Source: an uncultured delta proteobacterium (GTDB taxonomy: Bacteria > Desulfobacterota > Binatia > Binatales > Binataceae). From it: a stretch of 64,000 nt of DNA. The notes beneath the pieces are model-generated. The model did no database searches, had not been told where the DNA came from, and saw only the letters and a program-made list of their open reading frames with translations. The position numbers were made by a program, and so were the translations under genes. Each line of letters opens with the position of its first letter. Within the stretch, counting starts at the first letter, position 1. Location of the stretch: assembly GCA_963724765.1 (NCBI GenBank), contig CAVRVY010000002.1, forward strand, positions 256,001-320,000, written 5' to 3'. This document shows, one piece after another, positions 47,452 to 57,952 of this stretch.

Positions 47452-48687
47452 CTAATGACCCATCGCATTCATCAGCCTGGAGAAAACGCCGGGCTTGAGC
47501 GCGCCGTTGCTGGCGTCCGGAGCCCCAATCAGAGTTTTGGCCAATTGCTCGACCGCGAGCAGTAGCGGCGACCCCGCCGGCAGCGTGGAAAGCCCGTCGC
47601 CCTGCGCCTCGGTGGCAGCCAGCGCCGCGTCGTCGTGCGGAACGCAAAAGGCCACCGGCCGATGCAACGCGGCCTCGATCTTCTCCAGCGTGACAGCATG
47701 TGAAGGGCGGCAGTGGTTGAGCAACAGGTCAAGCGAGACGTGTTTGAGTTTGAGCCGCTCGAACAGGTCAAGGAAGCGCTGCGCAGCCCGCACTCCGGTG
47801 ATCGACTGATCGAGCACGTATAGCACGTTACCGGCGCGCTCCCACGCCGCCACCGTGCCTTCGTTCACATGATGGCCGCAATCGATGAGTACGTAGTCGA
47901 ACAATTGCAGCATCACTCCGATGGTCGCTTCTATAGTGCCTGGCGAGACCATCTCGCCGTCCTCGATCCGTGCCGGCGCGCTCAAAAGGTACAGCCCGGA
48001 GGCATGTTTACTCGCCGCTGATTCCAGGCGAATCGAATCCACGCTGGTGGTCGGGTCGGCGAGCTCGCCGATCGAATGGATACTCTCGAGGTCGAGAATC
48101 GCCGCGAGCGAGGCTGCCTGAAGGCCGAGGTCGACCAGCGCGACTTGTTTTTGCGTCAAGCGGCGCAGCGCGAGGCCCAATGCGACCGTCAGGCTGCTGA
48201 CGCCAACTCCGCCCGATACGCTGACCAGTGCGTAGGCCGCTTTGCTCGCCCGCCCGCCGCCGCGGCTGATTTCGCTGACCGTCCACAGCGAGCGCGCGAG
48301 GTCCACCGGATCAACCGGCATGAACAATACTTCATTAGCGCCGGCGCTTAACGCGCTGCGCACCGCTTCCGGCGTGCGCCGGCTGACCACCGCCGTCACC
48401 TGCGACCAGTTGCCGCTCTCGATCCACGGCCGCAGCTCCTCGTGCCACAGGTCGAGGTCCTCGTCGAGCAGTATCATCAGGATACGCACCGCATCGCCTT
48501 GCGCGGGCGCCTGTCCGGCGGCTGAAACCTCGGCAATCTCCATCCTGAGGTCGGTGAGCGCGGCCAGCAATTCGCGCAATGCGGTACGCTGCGCGGGCGT
48601 GCCTCCAGCCAGCGAGATGTTGAGGCTGCCGCGCCGCTTGTGCTGAGCGGTATTGAGGCTGTTGCCGTTGTGTTGCGCTGAGTTCAT
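47452..48687 (-). CDS. cpaE: CpaE/TadZ (receiver-like + MinD-like domain)
   Basis: SGGVGVSS deviant P-loop, LVDL, YVLIDCG; upstream of cpaF. Confidence 0.85.
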   Translation of the reverse strand: MNSAQHNGNSLNTAQHKRRGSLNISLAGGTPAQRTALRELLAALTDLRMEIAEVSAAGQAPAQGDAVRILMILLDEDLDLWHEELRPWIESGNWSQVTAVVSRRTPEAVRSALSAGANEVLFMPVDPVDLARSLWTVSEISRGGGRASKAAYALVSVSGGVGVSSLTVALGLALRRLTQKQVALVDLGLQAASLAAILDLESIHSIGELADPTTSVDSIRLESAASKHASGLYLLSAPARIEDGEMVSPGTIEATIGVMLQLFDYVLIDCGHHVNEGTVAAWERAGNVLYVLDQSITGVRAAQRFLDLFERLKLKHVSLDLLLNHCRPSHAVTLEKIEAALHRPVAFCVPHDDAALAATEAQGDGLSTLPAGSPLLLAVEQLAKTLIGAPDASNGALKPGVFSRLMNAMGH

Positions 48688-48991
48688 TGCCCCTCCGGCT
48701 GACTCGCGGCGGCGTCCGCGCGAACGCGCCTATTCACTGGTCATGGTCTGGGCTCTATTGCGATATGTCTCGCGGACGATCCATCCGACGTCCGTTCGCG
48801 ATACAGCGTGTCCCTTCTGCACATCACTTATCTTCAGCAATGTAGGCAAAGCTCGCATCAGCCAAAAAGTGGAGCATGATCCATACCAGTGACGCGATTA
48901 GTCAATTTACACTCACTTGATTTGATAGCCATTTGGACCGCGATATTGGATCGCTCCTTGCGTGATCGCGCCTTGGGGAAAGCAGTGCGGT

Positions 48992-49960
48992 ATGGGATTG
49001 ATCCAAAACTATAGGCGCACGCGGCGCGGAAGACGGGGTCAGATCATGGTCATCCTCGCGCTGGCGATGGTCGGGCTAGTCGGAATAGCCGCGCTCGGAA
49101 TCGACGTCATTTATATCTACTGGAATAAAAACCAACTGCAGGGCGGCACCGACGCTGCAGCTTTGGCAGGCGCTACTTACTTCAACAACGTTACCTTCTC
49201 CGGGAAGAACGCCCTATGCCTTTACGCAACCGACGCACAAAACGCGGCCTGCACCTATGCGCTCAACGACGGAGTCTTGGCGAGCGAACTCACCAGCGTG
49301 GTCGCCAACTCGAGCAATCAGTCGATGACCGTGAGCGCGACGCGCAAGATATCCACCCTGCTGGCCAAGGTCGTAGGTATCCAAAACTTTACCGTGAGCG
49401 CCACTTCCGTGGCGGTGTTGCAGGGTCTGGCTTCCGCCACTGACGTCGCGCCGATAGGGCTCGACTCGACCACCACTTATATCTATGGAAAGTCGATCAC
49501 GCTGCACAATGGAAATTGCGGTGCGGGATGCTGGGGCGGGCTCAGCCTGATGGATTCGAACGGCAGGAGCAACGGTGGTAGCGCATTCAGCCAGAATCTT
49601 GGTTCTGGATGTACTTGCATAGTCAATCTCGGCGATATTCTGTCATCCGAGCCGGGGGCGAAGGTTGGTCCGATCGGCCAAGGCGTAAGCGCCCGCGTGG
49701 CCGCGGGAAATGCCTCGGATCCCAGCGGCACCTGGTCCTCGCATACCTTGAGCGACGCACGGGCTACGGTGGTCCCGGTGGTCAAGTGGAGCGGCTGCAA
49801 CGGCAACTGCTCGGTTCCGGTGAGCGGGTTTGCGGAAGTGTGGATCTCGGGCTCCAGCGGCGCGGATATCAGCGCGGTATTCATTCGCCAGGTCGAGCCC
49901 GGAACTGCCGGCACGGGCGGGACGAATATGGGCGCGGTTTATGCTCGGCTTACGCAGTGA
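48992..49960 (+). CDS. TadG-like pilus-associated protein
   Basis: RRGQ pilin-like cleavage site + TM; LQ...DAAALAGA; Cys-rich C-terminal domain. Confidence 0.82.
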   Translation: MGLIQNYRRTRRGRRGQIMVILALAMVGLVGIAALGIDVIYIYWNKNQLQGGTDAAALAGATYFNNVTFSGKNALCLYATDAQNAACTYALNDGVLASELTSVVANSSNQSMTVSATRKISTLLAKVVGIQNFTVSATSVAVLQGLASATDVAPIGLDSTTTYIYGKSITLHNGNCGAGCWGGLSLMDSNGRSNGGSAFSQNLGSGCTCIVNLGDILSSEPGAKVGPIGQGVSARVAAGNASDPSGTWSSHTLSDARATVVPVVKWSGCNGNCSVPVSGFAEVWISGSSGADISAVFIRQVEPGTAGTGGTNMGAVYARLTQ

Positions 49961-50091
49961 GTAACACGCCACTACGGAAGAATCGAAGCGCATAACGATT
50001 CCCGCGCCGGGAAAAAGGCGCTCACTGGAAAAGCAGTCGCAGTGGCTTCGAGTCCGCTGCTGTCAGTAACGACGTTTGAGGCGAATCAGCT

Positions 50092-50484
50092 GTGACCGTA
50101 CCAGCGTTGATAATCGACGACTCGCCGTTCGCGCGGAAAATCATCCGCCATCATTTAACCAAGCTCGGCTTCCATATCGTGGGCGAAGCCGAGACTGCCG
50201 CGCACGGGCTGCGGCTCTTCAGAGAGCTCAAGCCCAAGCTGGTCACGCTGGATGTGATGATGCCCGAGCGTGAAGGCATCGACAGCCTGACGGCCTTCCG
50301 AACGATGAGAAAAGAGGCTCCGGAGACTGCGATCGTGGTCGTGAGCGCGGTGCCGTTCGAGAAGACGCGCGATACGTTCTTGAATGAGGGTGCGACCGCT
50401 TATGTGATCAAGCCATTTAGCCAGTTCTCGTTCGAACCGGTGCGGCAAAAGTTGCAGCGGGCTTTTCCCGCCTGGACCGCATAG
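50092..50484 (+). CDS. Single-domain response regulator (CheY-like)
   Basis: IIDDS, LDVMMP, VVSA, IKPF. Confidence 0.92.
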   Translation: MTVPALIIDDSPFARKIIRHHLTKLGFHIVGEAETAAHGLRLFRELKPKLVTLDVMMPEREGIDSLTAFRTMRKEAPETAIVVVSAVPFEKTRDTFLNEGATAYVIKPFSQFSFEPVRQKLQRAFPAWTA

Positions 50485-50615
50485 CCGCTGAACCTGAATG
50501 GCCGGAGCTGGCCCCCGCGCGGCCAGGGTCTTTCGAGGATCGGGGATTCAGATCGCGGGAGACTAAGGCGGCGGGTGATTAATGCTGCGGGACAGCAACG
50601 CTTCTGGAGAGCAAT

Positions 50616-50978
50616 ATGAATACGGACTCGCACGACACGGCCAATGACGCTCCGATCGATCAAAAAGCTATTCAGGATCTGCGCGCCGAAGGCGAGAACC
50701 TGCTGAGCGACCTGGTGGATATGTTCATCGGCGAGGTTCCGGGCCAGTTGGCGACGCTCGAGGCGGCACTGGCAAAGGGAGACGCCGGCGCCACCAGGCT
50801 GACCGCGCATACGCTCAAAGGCACGGGCAGCAACTTTGGCGCTTCGCGGATGCAGGCGCTTGCAAGCGCGATCGAGGAAAAGGGCCGCAACGGCTCGCTC
50901 GACGGGGCGTCCGCGACCTTCGTCGAGTTATGCGCCGAGTGCGCTCGGGTTCGCGAGGCTCTCAAAGCCGTGCGCTGA
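50616..50978 (+). CDS. Hpt phosphotransfer protein
   Basis: AHTLKGTGSNFGA. Confidence 0.9.
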   Translation: MNTDSHDTANDAPIDQKAIQDLRAEGENLLSDLVDMFIGEVPGQLATLEAALAKGDAGATRLTAHTLKGTGSNFGASRMQALASAIEEKGRNGSLDGASATFVELCAECARVREALKAVR

Positions 50979-51011
50979 GCGGGACCGCCCGTGGCTAAGC
51001 GGCCCTCAGTT

Positions 51012-52001
51012 CTAGAAAGTTTTCAGTTCCAGGAAATCAGGGACTTCAGAGCCGATACCGAGACGGCGCGCCTCCTGGTAGACAGCGTATCCCGAAGCTA
51101 CGTCCTGAACCGCTGTGCCGACGGACTTGAACAGCGTGATCTGATCGTCCGCCTCGCGGCCCGATGCCCGTCCAGCGACCACTTCCTGCAGTTCGATTAC
51201 TTTGCCGCGGTCGTAGCTGCCGTTGGCGAGCGCGTCGATAACGTCGCCCGATTCTTCTTCGATTTGTCTGGTCTGGCAGTCAATTACTATTCGCCCTGCA
51301 CGCGCGAAACTTTCCGAATCAATCTCGCGCAATTTCGGCATCGTCGAACCAATGGCGTTGACGTGCATCCCGGTGTGCGCCCACCCGCCACGAAAAGCGA
51401 TTCCATCTCCCTTGCCGGTCGTATTTGTGGCGACCACTGCGATGTCCGCCCATTCCATGCAGCTTTCCGGGCTTTCGCAGGCGTTAACTTCGATTTTCAG
51501 CTCCCGGCCCATGCGCTCTGCGAATGCAGCACGCCGCTCACGATTCGGACTGAACACTGTCACCCGCTCGACCTGGCGCACCGCGCAAACGCCGAGCAGG
51601 TTGGTGCGGGCCTCGAGCCCGGAGCCAATAACCGCCACGCGCCGTGCATCACGCCTGGCCATGAACTTTGTCGCGACGCCAGTGGTGGCGCCGGTCCGCG
51701 CCGCGGTTAGATAGTGGGCGTCCATCATCGCCAGCAACAGTCCGCTCGCCTGTTCGTAGATCGCGATAAGATAACGGACGCCGTCCTGCACGGATCCATG
51801 AAAAGCCTTGAACCCCATGATGCCGCTGCCGTTCATCACGGTGGGCATGAGACGGAAAAATCCCCGCCCATTGGGCAGGCTGAGACGCGGTGGCAGCACC
51901 ACCTGTTCCGCGGCTTGCTCGCGTAGGCCGGCTTCCACAGCCTCCACGAGCCTTTGCATGTCGGCCAGGCGTTCTACCTCGCGTGCGTTCAAAAGCAGCA
52001 T
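51012..52001 (-). CDS. Ornithine cyclodeaminase/mu-crystallin family protein
   Basis: LTAARTGA, VIGSGLEA, HVNAIGS, TLFKSVG.AVQD. Confidence 0.9.
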   Translation of the reverse strand: MLLLNAREVERLADMQRLVEAVEAGLREQAAEQVVLPPRLSLPNGRGFFRLMPTVMNGSGIMGFKAFHGSVQDGVRYLIAIYEQASGLLLAMMDAHYLTAARTGATTGVATKFMARRDARRVAVIGSGLEARTNLLGVCAVRQVERVTVFSPNRERRAAFAERMGRELKIEVNACESPESCMEWADIAVVATNTTGKGDGIAFRGGWAHTGMHVNAIGSTMPKLREIDSESFARAGRIVIDCQTRQIEEESGDVIDALANGSYDRGKVIELQEVVAGRASGREADDQITLFKSVGTAVQDVASGYAVYQEARRLGIGSEVPDFLELKTF

Positions 52002-52015
52002 TGGAGGCCGTGGTT

Positions 52016-53032
52016 TCAGCCCGGATTGCGGCCTACGAAGAAATCGCCGTCCGGCTCGGGCCACGGATTGAGCCCGCATTGTTCGAGCGCGTTGCGCAAT
52101 GGCCGCAACTGCCGATCCACCAGGCGCATCGTAGGCTGCCGCAGCGGGCCGCCGTTGAAGCCCTGCAGCCAGCCCTGATATTTCCAAAGCATCCGGTGGA
52201 GAAAATTGGAGCCCGCCAGCAGCGACATCGCCTGGAGGTTCGCCAGCCGTGCCGGATGAATTTTCCAGAATAGCTTCATGGCCTCGGTGAACTCGCCGTC
52301 GTGCATCAAGGCGAACATTTTCGGTATGGTCGGGCCATAAAATTCGTAGTTGCTGGTGCCCATGAACTGGATTGGCACCAGCGATGCCAGCGGGATGCCG
52401 TCCCATTCCAGCGGCGAAGTTACGATCACCCGCTTGCCGAGCGTCTTATACACTTCGACGAATCCGCCGATAGTCGGCATGCCGCCTTCAGCTTTGATTG
52501 CGACGATGTTGGGTACGTCGTCGACCAACTTACGGATCAGATCGATCTCCATGCCGGCGGGATGAATCCGTTCGAAACCCCACAGCGGCACCGGGAACAA
52601 GATTACTCCCATGTCGGTCCCGTCGCAGAAGGCCCTGGTGTAGTTGTAGATGTCCTGGCTGGTGCGCGCGTAAAAGTTGGCCGGATATCCAAGCAGCACC
52701 AGTTCCGCGCCCGCCTCGTGCGCCGCGCGCGCGACCGCGATGTTCTGTGCCAGCGTGTTGAAGGACGCATGAAATATCAGATGCAGTCTGCCGCGCGCCT
52801 CATCCGCCGCCCACTGCGTAAATCGTATGTACTCCTCGGGGGTGGTCGCGGTTTCAGCGATCAGCAGGGCGCCCCAGAAGCCGTATTCGATCTCCTTGCG
52901 AATGTCGTAGCGAATAGCCTTTTCGTTGAGCGCGGTGAGATCCTCGGTAAACGTGGGATTCACTACGTTAGCCACTCCGCGCATGTTGGCCCACGCCCAA
53001 TCGCGCGCCTGCTTCTTGCTATAGTTTGCCAC
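52016..53032 (-). CDS. DHDPS/NAL-family hydratase-aldolase
   Basis: TIM barrel with Schiff-base IVAIKAE; in the ring-cleavage operon; GTG start inferred. Confidence 0.82.
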   Translation of the reverse strand: MANYSKKQARDWAWANMRGVANVVNPTFTEDLTALNEKAIRYDIRKEIEYGFWGALLIAETATTPEEYIRFTQWAADEARGRLHLIFHASFNTLAQNIAVARAAHEAGAELVLLGYPANFYARTSQDIYNYTRAFCDGTDMGVILFPVPLWGFERIHPAGMEIDLIRKLVDDVPNIVAIKAEGGMPTIGGFVEVYKTLGKRVIVTSPLEWDGIPLASLVPIQFMGTSNYEFYGPTIPKMFALMHDGEFTEAMKLFWKIHPARLANLQAMSLLAGSNFLHRMLWKYQGWLQGFNGGPLRQPTMRLVDRQLRPLRNALEQCGLNPWPEPDGDFFVGRNPG

Positions 53033-53052
53033 CCACTTATCTCCGTCGGCGC

Positions 53053-53943
53053 TCAGGCGCCAGTTCTGTGATGCCCCCAGATGCTGCCGGTGCGATGCAA
53101 TCGCACCTGCCAGTCGCGATCGTCGACCGTCCGTGCGCCCCATCCGTACTCGACGCTGAAGCCCGAGGGTGTGCGCACGTAGAACGACAACATCCGGTCG
53201 TTGGTGTGGCGGCCCAGCGTGAGCTCGAGCGGCACGCCGCGCTGCTGGCAGAGGTCATAGGTCGCGCCTACGTCATCCAGCGACTCGAGCTGAAGCATGA
53301 AATGATGCAGCCGCTTAGGCATCCGCGCCTCCCAGAATGCAAGCGAGTGATGGCGCGGGTTGCAATGCAGGAAAGCGATGTTGAAGCGCGATTTAACGTC
53401 GCGCTCGGGCTGTGGCTGCACCCAGTCGCTCATTCGCATGCCCAAAATGTCGCGGTAGAACTGGAGGCTGCGCTGCATGTTGTCGACACCCATGGTGATG
53501 TGCCCAAGGCCCATACTCGAGGCGACAAAGCCGCCGATCGGCCGCGCCGGCTTAAATGGGATATCGATCCGGGTCAGCGGTCCGTAGAAAGCTTCTGACG
53601 CGATTCCGCTTGGGTCGCGGAATTTGATCAGCTCCACCACGCGGCGCGCCTCGGCTTCATCCGCCGTGCCGCGTTGCACTTCAATCCGGGCCGCGGTCAG
53701 CTGATCCGCCACGGCGCCCAACGCCCGTTCGTCGTCGACTTGCCAGCCGATCAGGTCGAGGTCGTCCTTGGCCCCTTGCTCGAATACGAAGCGGTATTGA
53801 TATTCATCCATGCGAAGCATCAAGGCGCCGTTTTCGTTGCTGCCCACGCTTTCGATTCCCAAAATTTGTGTGCCGAAGTTTTCCCACGCGTCAAGATTTG
53901 AGACCTTGAAGCCCAGGTATCCGAGTTGTGAAACGCTTGTCAT
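53053..53943 (-). CDS. Extradiol dioxygenase (BphC/HsaC type)
   Basis: LGYLG, LRMD, GLGH, FLHCNPRHHS, HHFML, LGRHTND...SFY..TPSGF.VEYGWG. Confidence 0.93.
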   Translation of the reverse strand: MTSVSQLGYLGFKVSNLDAWENFGTQILGIESVGSNENGALMLRMDEYQYRFVFEQGAKDDLDLIGWQVDDERALGAVADQLTAARIEVQRGTADEAEARRVVELIKFRDPSGIASEAFYGPLTRIDIPFKPARPIGGFVASSMGLGHITMGVDNMQRSLQFYRDILGMRMSDWVQPQPERDVKSRFNIAFLHCNPRHHSLAFWEARMPKRLHHFMLQLESLDDVGATYDLCQQRGVPLELTLGRHTNDRMLSFYVRTPSGFSVEYGWGARTVDDRDWQVRLHRTGSIWGHHRTGA

Positions 53944-53979
53944 GATAGCCTTCCGCGATCGTGCGGAGAGCGGCTTCGC

Positions 53980-54777
53980 TCAAAACCCGAGCATCAAGCC
54001 GCCGTCCGCATAAATAATCTGCCCGGTAATATAATCGGCCGCTGCTCCAGTGAGGCACAGCACCGCGCGGCCGATGTCTTCGGGCTCGGCCCATCGCCCC
54101 ATCGGAATGCGTTTGGCGAATTCCGCGTCCGCGGCCTCGACCGAACCGCCGCCCAACTCGCTGCGTACCTTGAGCGAGCCCGGAGTTTTGACCGCGCCCG
54201 GCGCGATCGCGTTGACGGTGATTCCAAACTGCGCGTACTCAAGGGCGCTCGCTTTGGTTAATGCGTTGAGTCCGTATTTGCTGGCATCATAGTGCGCCAT
54301 ACCCAGATAGGTGCGCGCAGTATTGATAGTCGAAATGTTGATAATCCGCCCGCCCGCATTCCCCGCGATGATTCGCTCGGCGGCGTGCCGTGTGCAGAGA
54401 TAAGCGCCGCGAAGATTGACCCCCAGCGTGCGGTCCCAGGTCGCGGCATCGAGTTCGCGCAGGCGCTTCATGGGAAAAATTCCCGCGTTGTTTACCAGGA
54501 TGTCCAGCCGCTTGAAATGCGCGTAGACCCCGTGCACCAGCGCTTTCACCGATTCCTCGTCGGCCACGTCGGCCTGGATTGCGATCGCCCCACGGCCCCG
54601 CTTGCGCAACGCCTCGGCCACGGAATTCGCGCCCTCGAGGTCCATGTCCGCAATGGCGATTGAGGCGCCCGCCGCCGCCAGGGTCTCGGCGATACCGCGT
54701 CCGATCCCCTTGGCGCCGCCGGTAACCAGGGCGACCTTGGAAGTCAGATCGAACAGTTGCCCTACGCTCGGGTCCAT
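53980..54777 (-). CDS. SDR oxidoreductase (possible dihydrodiol dehydrogenase)
   Basis: TGGAKGIG, NNAG, YDASK, VNAIAPG. Confidence 0.92.
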   Translation of the reverse strand: MDPSVGQLFDLTSKVALVTGGAKGIGRGIAETLAAAGASIAIADMDLEGANSVAEALRKRGRGAIAIQADVADEESVKALVHGVYAHFKRLDILVNNAGIFPMKRLRELDAATWDRTLGVNLRGAYLCTRHAAERIIAGNAGGRIINISTINTARTYLGMAHYDASKYGLNALTKASALEYAQFGITVNAIAPGAVKTPGSLKVRSELGGGSVEAADAEFAKRIPMGRWAEPEDIGRAVLCLTGAAADYITGQIIYADGGLMLGF

Positions 54778-54817
54778 CGCCGATTCTCCGTGCCAATCCA
54801 ATTCAGCGGCAAGGCGT

Positions 54818-55372
54818 TCAGAAGAGCACCGTGATGTTCTCGATCACGTTATGGTCGAGCAGAATCATTCGTTCTTCGAGCTTCCACTCAGCGCCGTTTC
54901 GCCGCCAGGTATCCTCGCGGCAGCCGACGAACAGATTCTCTTCCCGGTTGCGGCGGCTTTTGAACACCAGGAAATTGGAGGCGGCTTTCACCGTATCCGC
55001 GTCCGGCGTTTCCAGCACCTGAACGTTGGTTATCAGATGACGCACGCGCGAAGGCGGTTCGTCGGCATGCGCGGCTCCGGTGCGAATCCGTGCGACGCGA
55101 AGTCTAAGGCCGTCCTTGTTGTCGTCGAAAAATGCCAGCCTGAGCGGCGGGCTGAAATCCTCTTTGCCCCGATTCATGTCGGCCCGCACCGGCGCCCAGT
55201 AATGAATGTTGTCACCGAGCAAATCCAACCACTGTTCGAGGCGGTCGTGATCGAGTAGCCAGGCCTCGCGATAGAGCAGGTCTTCGAACTGCTGTCGCAA
55301 ACCGACGCGGTCCACGGTTACGGTTTCTCCTTGCCCCTTTGGTCCGCCATCTGCCGGCGCCATCGTTCCCAA
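54818..55372 (-). CDS. Aromatic ring-hydroxylating dioxygenase beta subunit
   Basis: LYREAWLLD, W..L, Y.AP, PPSRVRHLITNV, G.RED. Confidence 0.92.
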   Translation of the reverse strand: MGTMAPADGGPKGQGETVTVDRVGLRQQFEDLLYREAWLLDHDRLEQWLDLLGDNIHYWAPVRADMNRGKEDFSPPLRLAFFDDNKDGLRLRVARIRTGAAHADEPPSRVRHLITNVQVLETPDADTVKAASNFLVFKSRRNREENLFVGCREDTWRRNGAEWKLEERMILLDHNVIENITVLF

Positions 55373-56592
55373 AAGCCGAACACGCTGATCTCGGTCGGCG
55401 GCGGATGGATCAGGCCGGGACGATCGGCGTCGGCCCGCTCATGCCCCGCGCCCATCTGATAGTTCAGGGGAAAACGCCGGCGGTACGCGCCTGCCGACGC
55501 TTCGGTGCAATACGACCACATCTCGCCATCGTCCTGCTCGAAAATTCCTCCCGGCGAAAAAGTGCGTATCTGGATATCGCGCGCGAGCTTCATTATTTCC
55601 GCCGGCGCGTCACGTTCGACCATCCCCCACGACCACGCATCAAGCCGCGTAGGCCCGCGCGGATTCCAGACTCGCACGGTCAAAAATCCCAGGAACGAAA
55701 GTACGGAGAAATTCGGGAACACGGTGCCCACGTGTACGCATCCGATTTGCTCGACCTGCGTGGGCGTCAGGCGGGTGCGCGCCTGTTCGCGCAGCCACGC
55801 CGTGTATGGGCCGACGACTTCCGCGATTCCCGGAGGGTCCGCGAAGGCAAAGTTTATCCAGCCATGACCTTCCCTGGTCTTGGCCTCCCAGTCGTTGGTC
55901 CATGGATGCTCACCGCCGAATTGTTGAGCAATCGAAGTACGTATACCACTCTCGTGCGCCCACATCGCGTGATAGTTATCGCCGCCAAATTGTTCGGCGG
56001 CAAACTTCCAGTTCGCCTTGAGCGTCCATTTGTGCGTACCCGGCAATGTCATCATCCCGCTCTCGGTGCGGTTGAACTGCATATCCAGGTACCAGCGAAA
56101 ATCCCCCAGGTACTCATCCAGCGTGACCGCATGCTCATCGAGGCAGGCGAAAATCAACCCGTGATAGGAAGCGACCTGTGGCGCCTGCAGCAAGGGCCAC
56201 TCCTCGCGTTCAAGATCTCCGTGGTAGGCCTTGCGGTAGTCAGGTACGCCAGTCAGCTTTCCCTCGAGATCGTAGGTCCATCCATGGTAGGGACATCGAA
56301 AGAATTTTGCGTTGCCTTCTTCTACCCGGCAGACCAGCATCCCGCGATGCCGGCAGGAGTTGAGGAACACGCGTATCTGTCGATCGGCGCCGCGACATAC
56401 AATAACCGGCTCCTCACCCATGAAGCCGGCAATGAAGTCGCCCGGGTTCGGAACCTGACTTTCATGCCCGACGTACAGCCAGCATCGCGTGAAGATCCGC
56501 TCCTGCTCCAACTGATGGACCTCAGGATCGGAAAAAACCCGCGGGCTGACGGTCTTGCGCTCGAGGTCTATTAATTTTTCTGAATCGATCAT
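55318..56592 (-). CDS. Rieske aromatic ring-hydroxylating dioxygenase alpha subunit
   Basis: CRHRG...CPYHGW; NWK.AAEQF.GDNYH....H; EQDDGE. Confidence 0.95.
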   Translation of the reverse strand: MIDSEKLIDLERKTVSPRVFSDPEVHQLEQERIFTRCWLYVGHESQVPNPGDFIAGFMGEEPVIVCRGADRQIRVFLNSCRHRGMLVCRVEEGNAKFFRCPYHGWTYDLEGKLTGVPDYRKAYHGDLEREEWPLLQAPQVASYHGLIFACLDEHAVTLDEYLGDFRWYLDMQFNRTESGMMTLPGTHKWTLKANWKFAAEQFGGDNYHAMWAHESGIRTSIAQQFGGEHPWTNDWEAKTREGHGWINFAFADPPGIAEVVGPYTAWLREQARTRLTPTQVEQIGCVHVGTVFPNFSVLSFLGFLTVRVWNPRGPTRLDAWSWGMVERDAPAEIMKLARDIQIRTFSPGGIFEQDDGEMWSYCTEASAGAYRRRFPLNYQMGAGHERADADRPGLIHPPPTEISVFGFWERWRRQMADQRGKEKP

Positions 56593-56888
56593 CGCATGCG
56601 AACCAGGGGCTTGACTGAGATGCCTGCGAAAATGCCGCAAACTCGTCGCAGCATGTTACGCAAGGTATTGGATGATGAGCTACTTCCTTATCCGCCTGTA
56701 GTCAACCGCGCTATGGTGCTGCGCTTCGGCCGTCCCGCCGCCTCTTTGGGGGTAGGCGATTTTTCTTCTCGTTGCGTCCAAGGGCATCGCGCCGTGCGAG
56801 GTTGCCAGCGCGCGGCGAAGGCGTCATGCTTTGCGCCGCCTGGACGCGCGACCGCGTGCCCGCCACTTCGAGCGAGGAGGGATGCACG

Positions 56889-57923
56889 ATGAGCGAACGA
56901 ATGCTTCTGCCGACCACGGTGGTGGGCAGCTATCCGCAGCCCGACTGGCTAATCGACCGCGAAAATCTCGCCAAGCGCGCGCCGCCGCGGGTGCGTGCGC
57001 GCGAGGTTTGGCGAATCCCGCAGGCATGGCTCGAGCAGGCCCAGGACGACGCGACCATCGTTGCGATTCACGAGATGGAAAGCGCCGGTGTCGACATCAT
57101 CAGCGACGGCGAAATGCGCCGCGAGAGCTACTCGAACCGGCTCGCCAACGCGCTCGGCGGTGTCGACCGCGAGCGTCCGGGCAGCGCGATCAGCCGCAGC
57201 GGACGCGCCGACGTCGTGCCGCTGGTTTCGGGCCCGATTCGCAGGCTTGCGCCGGTCGAGTTGCGCGACCTCACCTTTCTGCGCGCGCACACCAAGCGCC
57301 GGGTGAAAATCACTCTGCCCGGGCCGTTCACGATGACCCAGCAGGCCGAGAACGCTTATTATCCCGACGAGGAATCGCTCGCGATGGCCTACGCGGAGGC
57401 GGTCAACGAAGAGATCAAGGACCTCTTCGCGGCCGGCGCCGACGTGGTGCAAATCGATGAGCCCTACATGCAGGCGCGTCCGGAGTTGGCGCGACAGTAC
57501 GGGCTCAAGGCGCTCAATCGCGCGCTTGCGGGGGTTACCGGGACGACCGCCGTGCACTTGTGCTTCGGCTACGCCTACATCATGAAGGACAAGCCAACCG
57601 GCTACTCGTTTTTGCCGGAACTGGAGAGCTGCCTCGCCGGCCAGATATCGATCGAGGCCGCGCAGCCCAAGCTCGATCTGTCGATTCTGAAGCAACTGCC
57701 CTCCAAGACCATCATCCTGGGCGTGCTCGATCTTAACGATCCGGCGGTCGAAAGCGCCGCGACGGTCGCCGGCCGTATCCGCGCGGCGCTCGAGTTCGTC
57801 GCGCCCGAGCGGCTGGTGATCGCGCCCGACTGCGGGATGAAATATATCCCGCGCGACGTCGCATTCGCGAAGCTGAGCGCGATGGTTGAAGGGGCGCGAA
57901 TCGTCCGCGCCGCTCTTGGCTGA
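56889..57923 (+). CDS. Cobalamin-independent methionine synthase II-like (single barrel)
   Basis: TTVVGSYP, DGE.RRE, QIDEP, HLC, APDCG. Confidence 0.9.
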   Translation: MSERMLLPTTVVGSYPQPDWLIDRENLAKRAPPRVRAREVWRIPQAWLEQAQDDATIVAIHEMESAGVDIISDGEMRRESYSNRLANALGGVDRERPGSAISRSGRADVVPLVSGPIRRLAPVELRDLTFLRAHTKRRVKITLPGPFTMTQQAENAYYPDEESLAMAYAEAVNEEIKDLFAAGADVVQIDEPYMQARPELARQYGLKALNRALAGVTGTTAVHLCFGYAYIMKDKPTGYSFLPELESCLAGQISIEAAQPKLDLSILKQLPSKTIILGVLDLNDPAVESAATVAGRIRAALEFVAPERLVIAPDCGMKYIPRDVAFAKLSAMVEGARIVRAALG

Positions 57924-57952
57924 CGCCGCGTGATGAGCGTGCTTGAGGAGGA

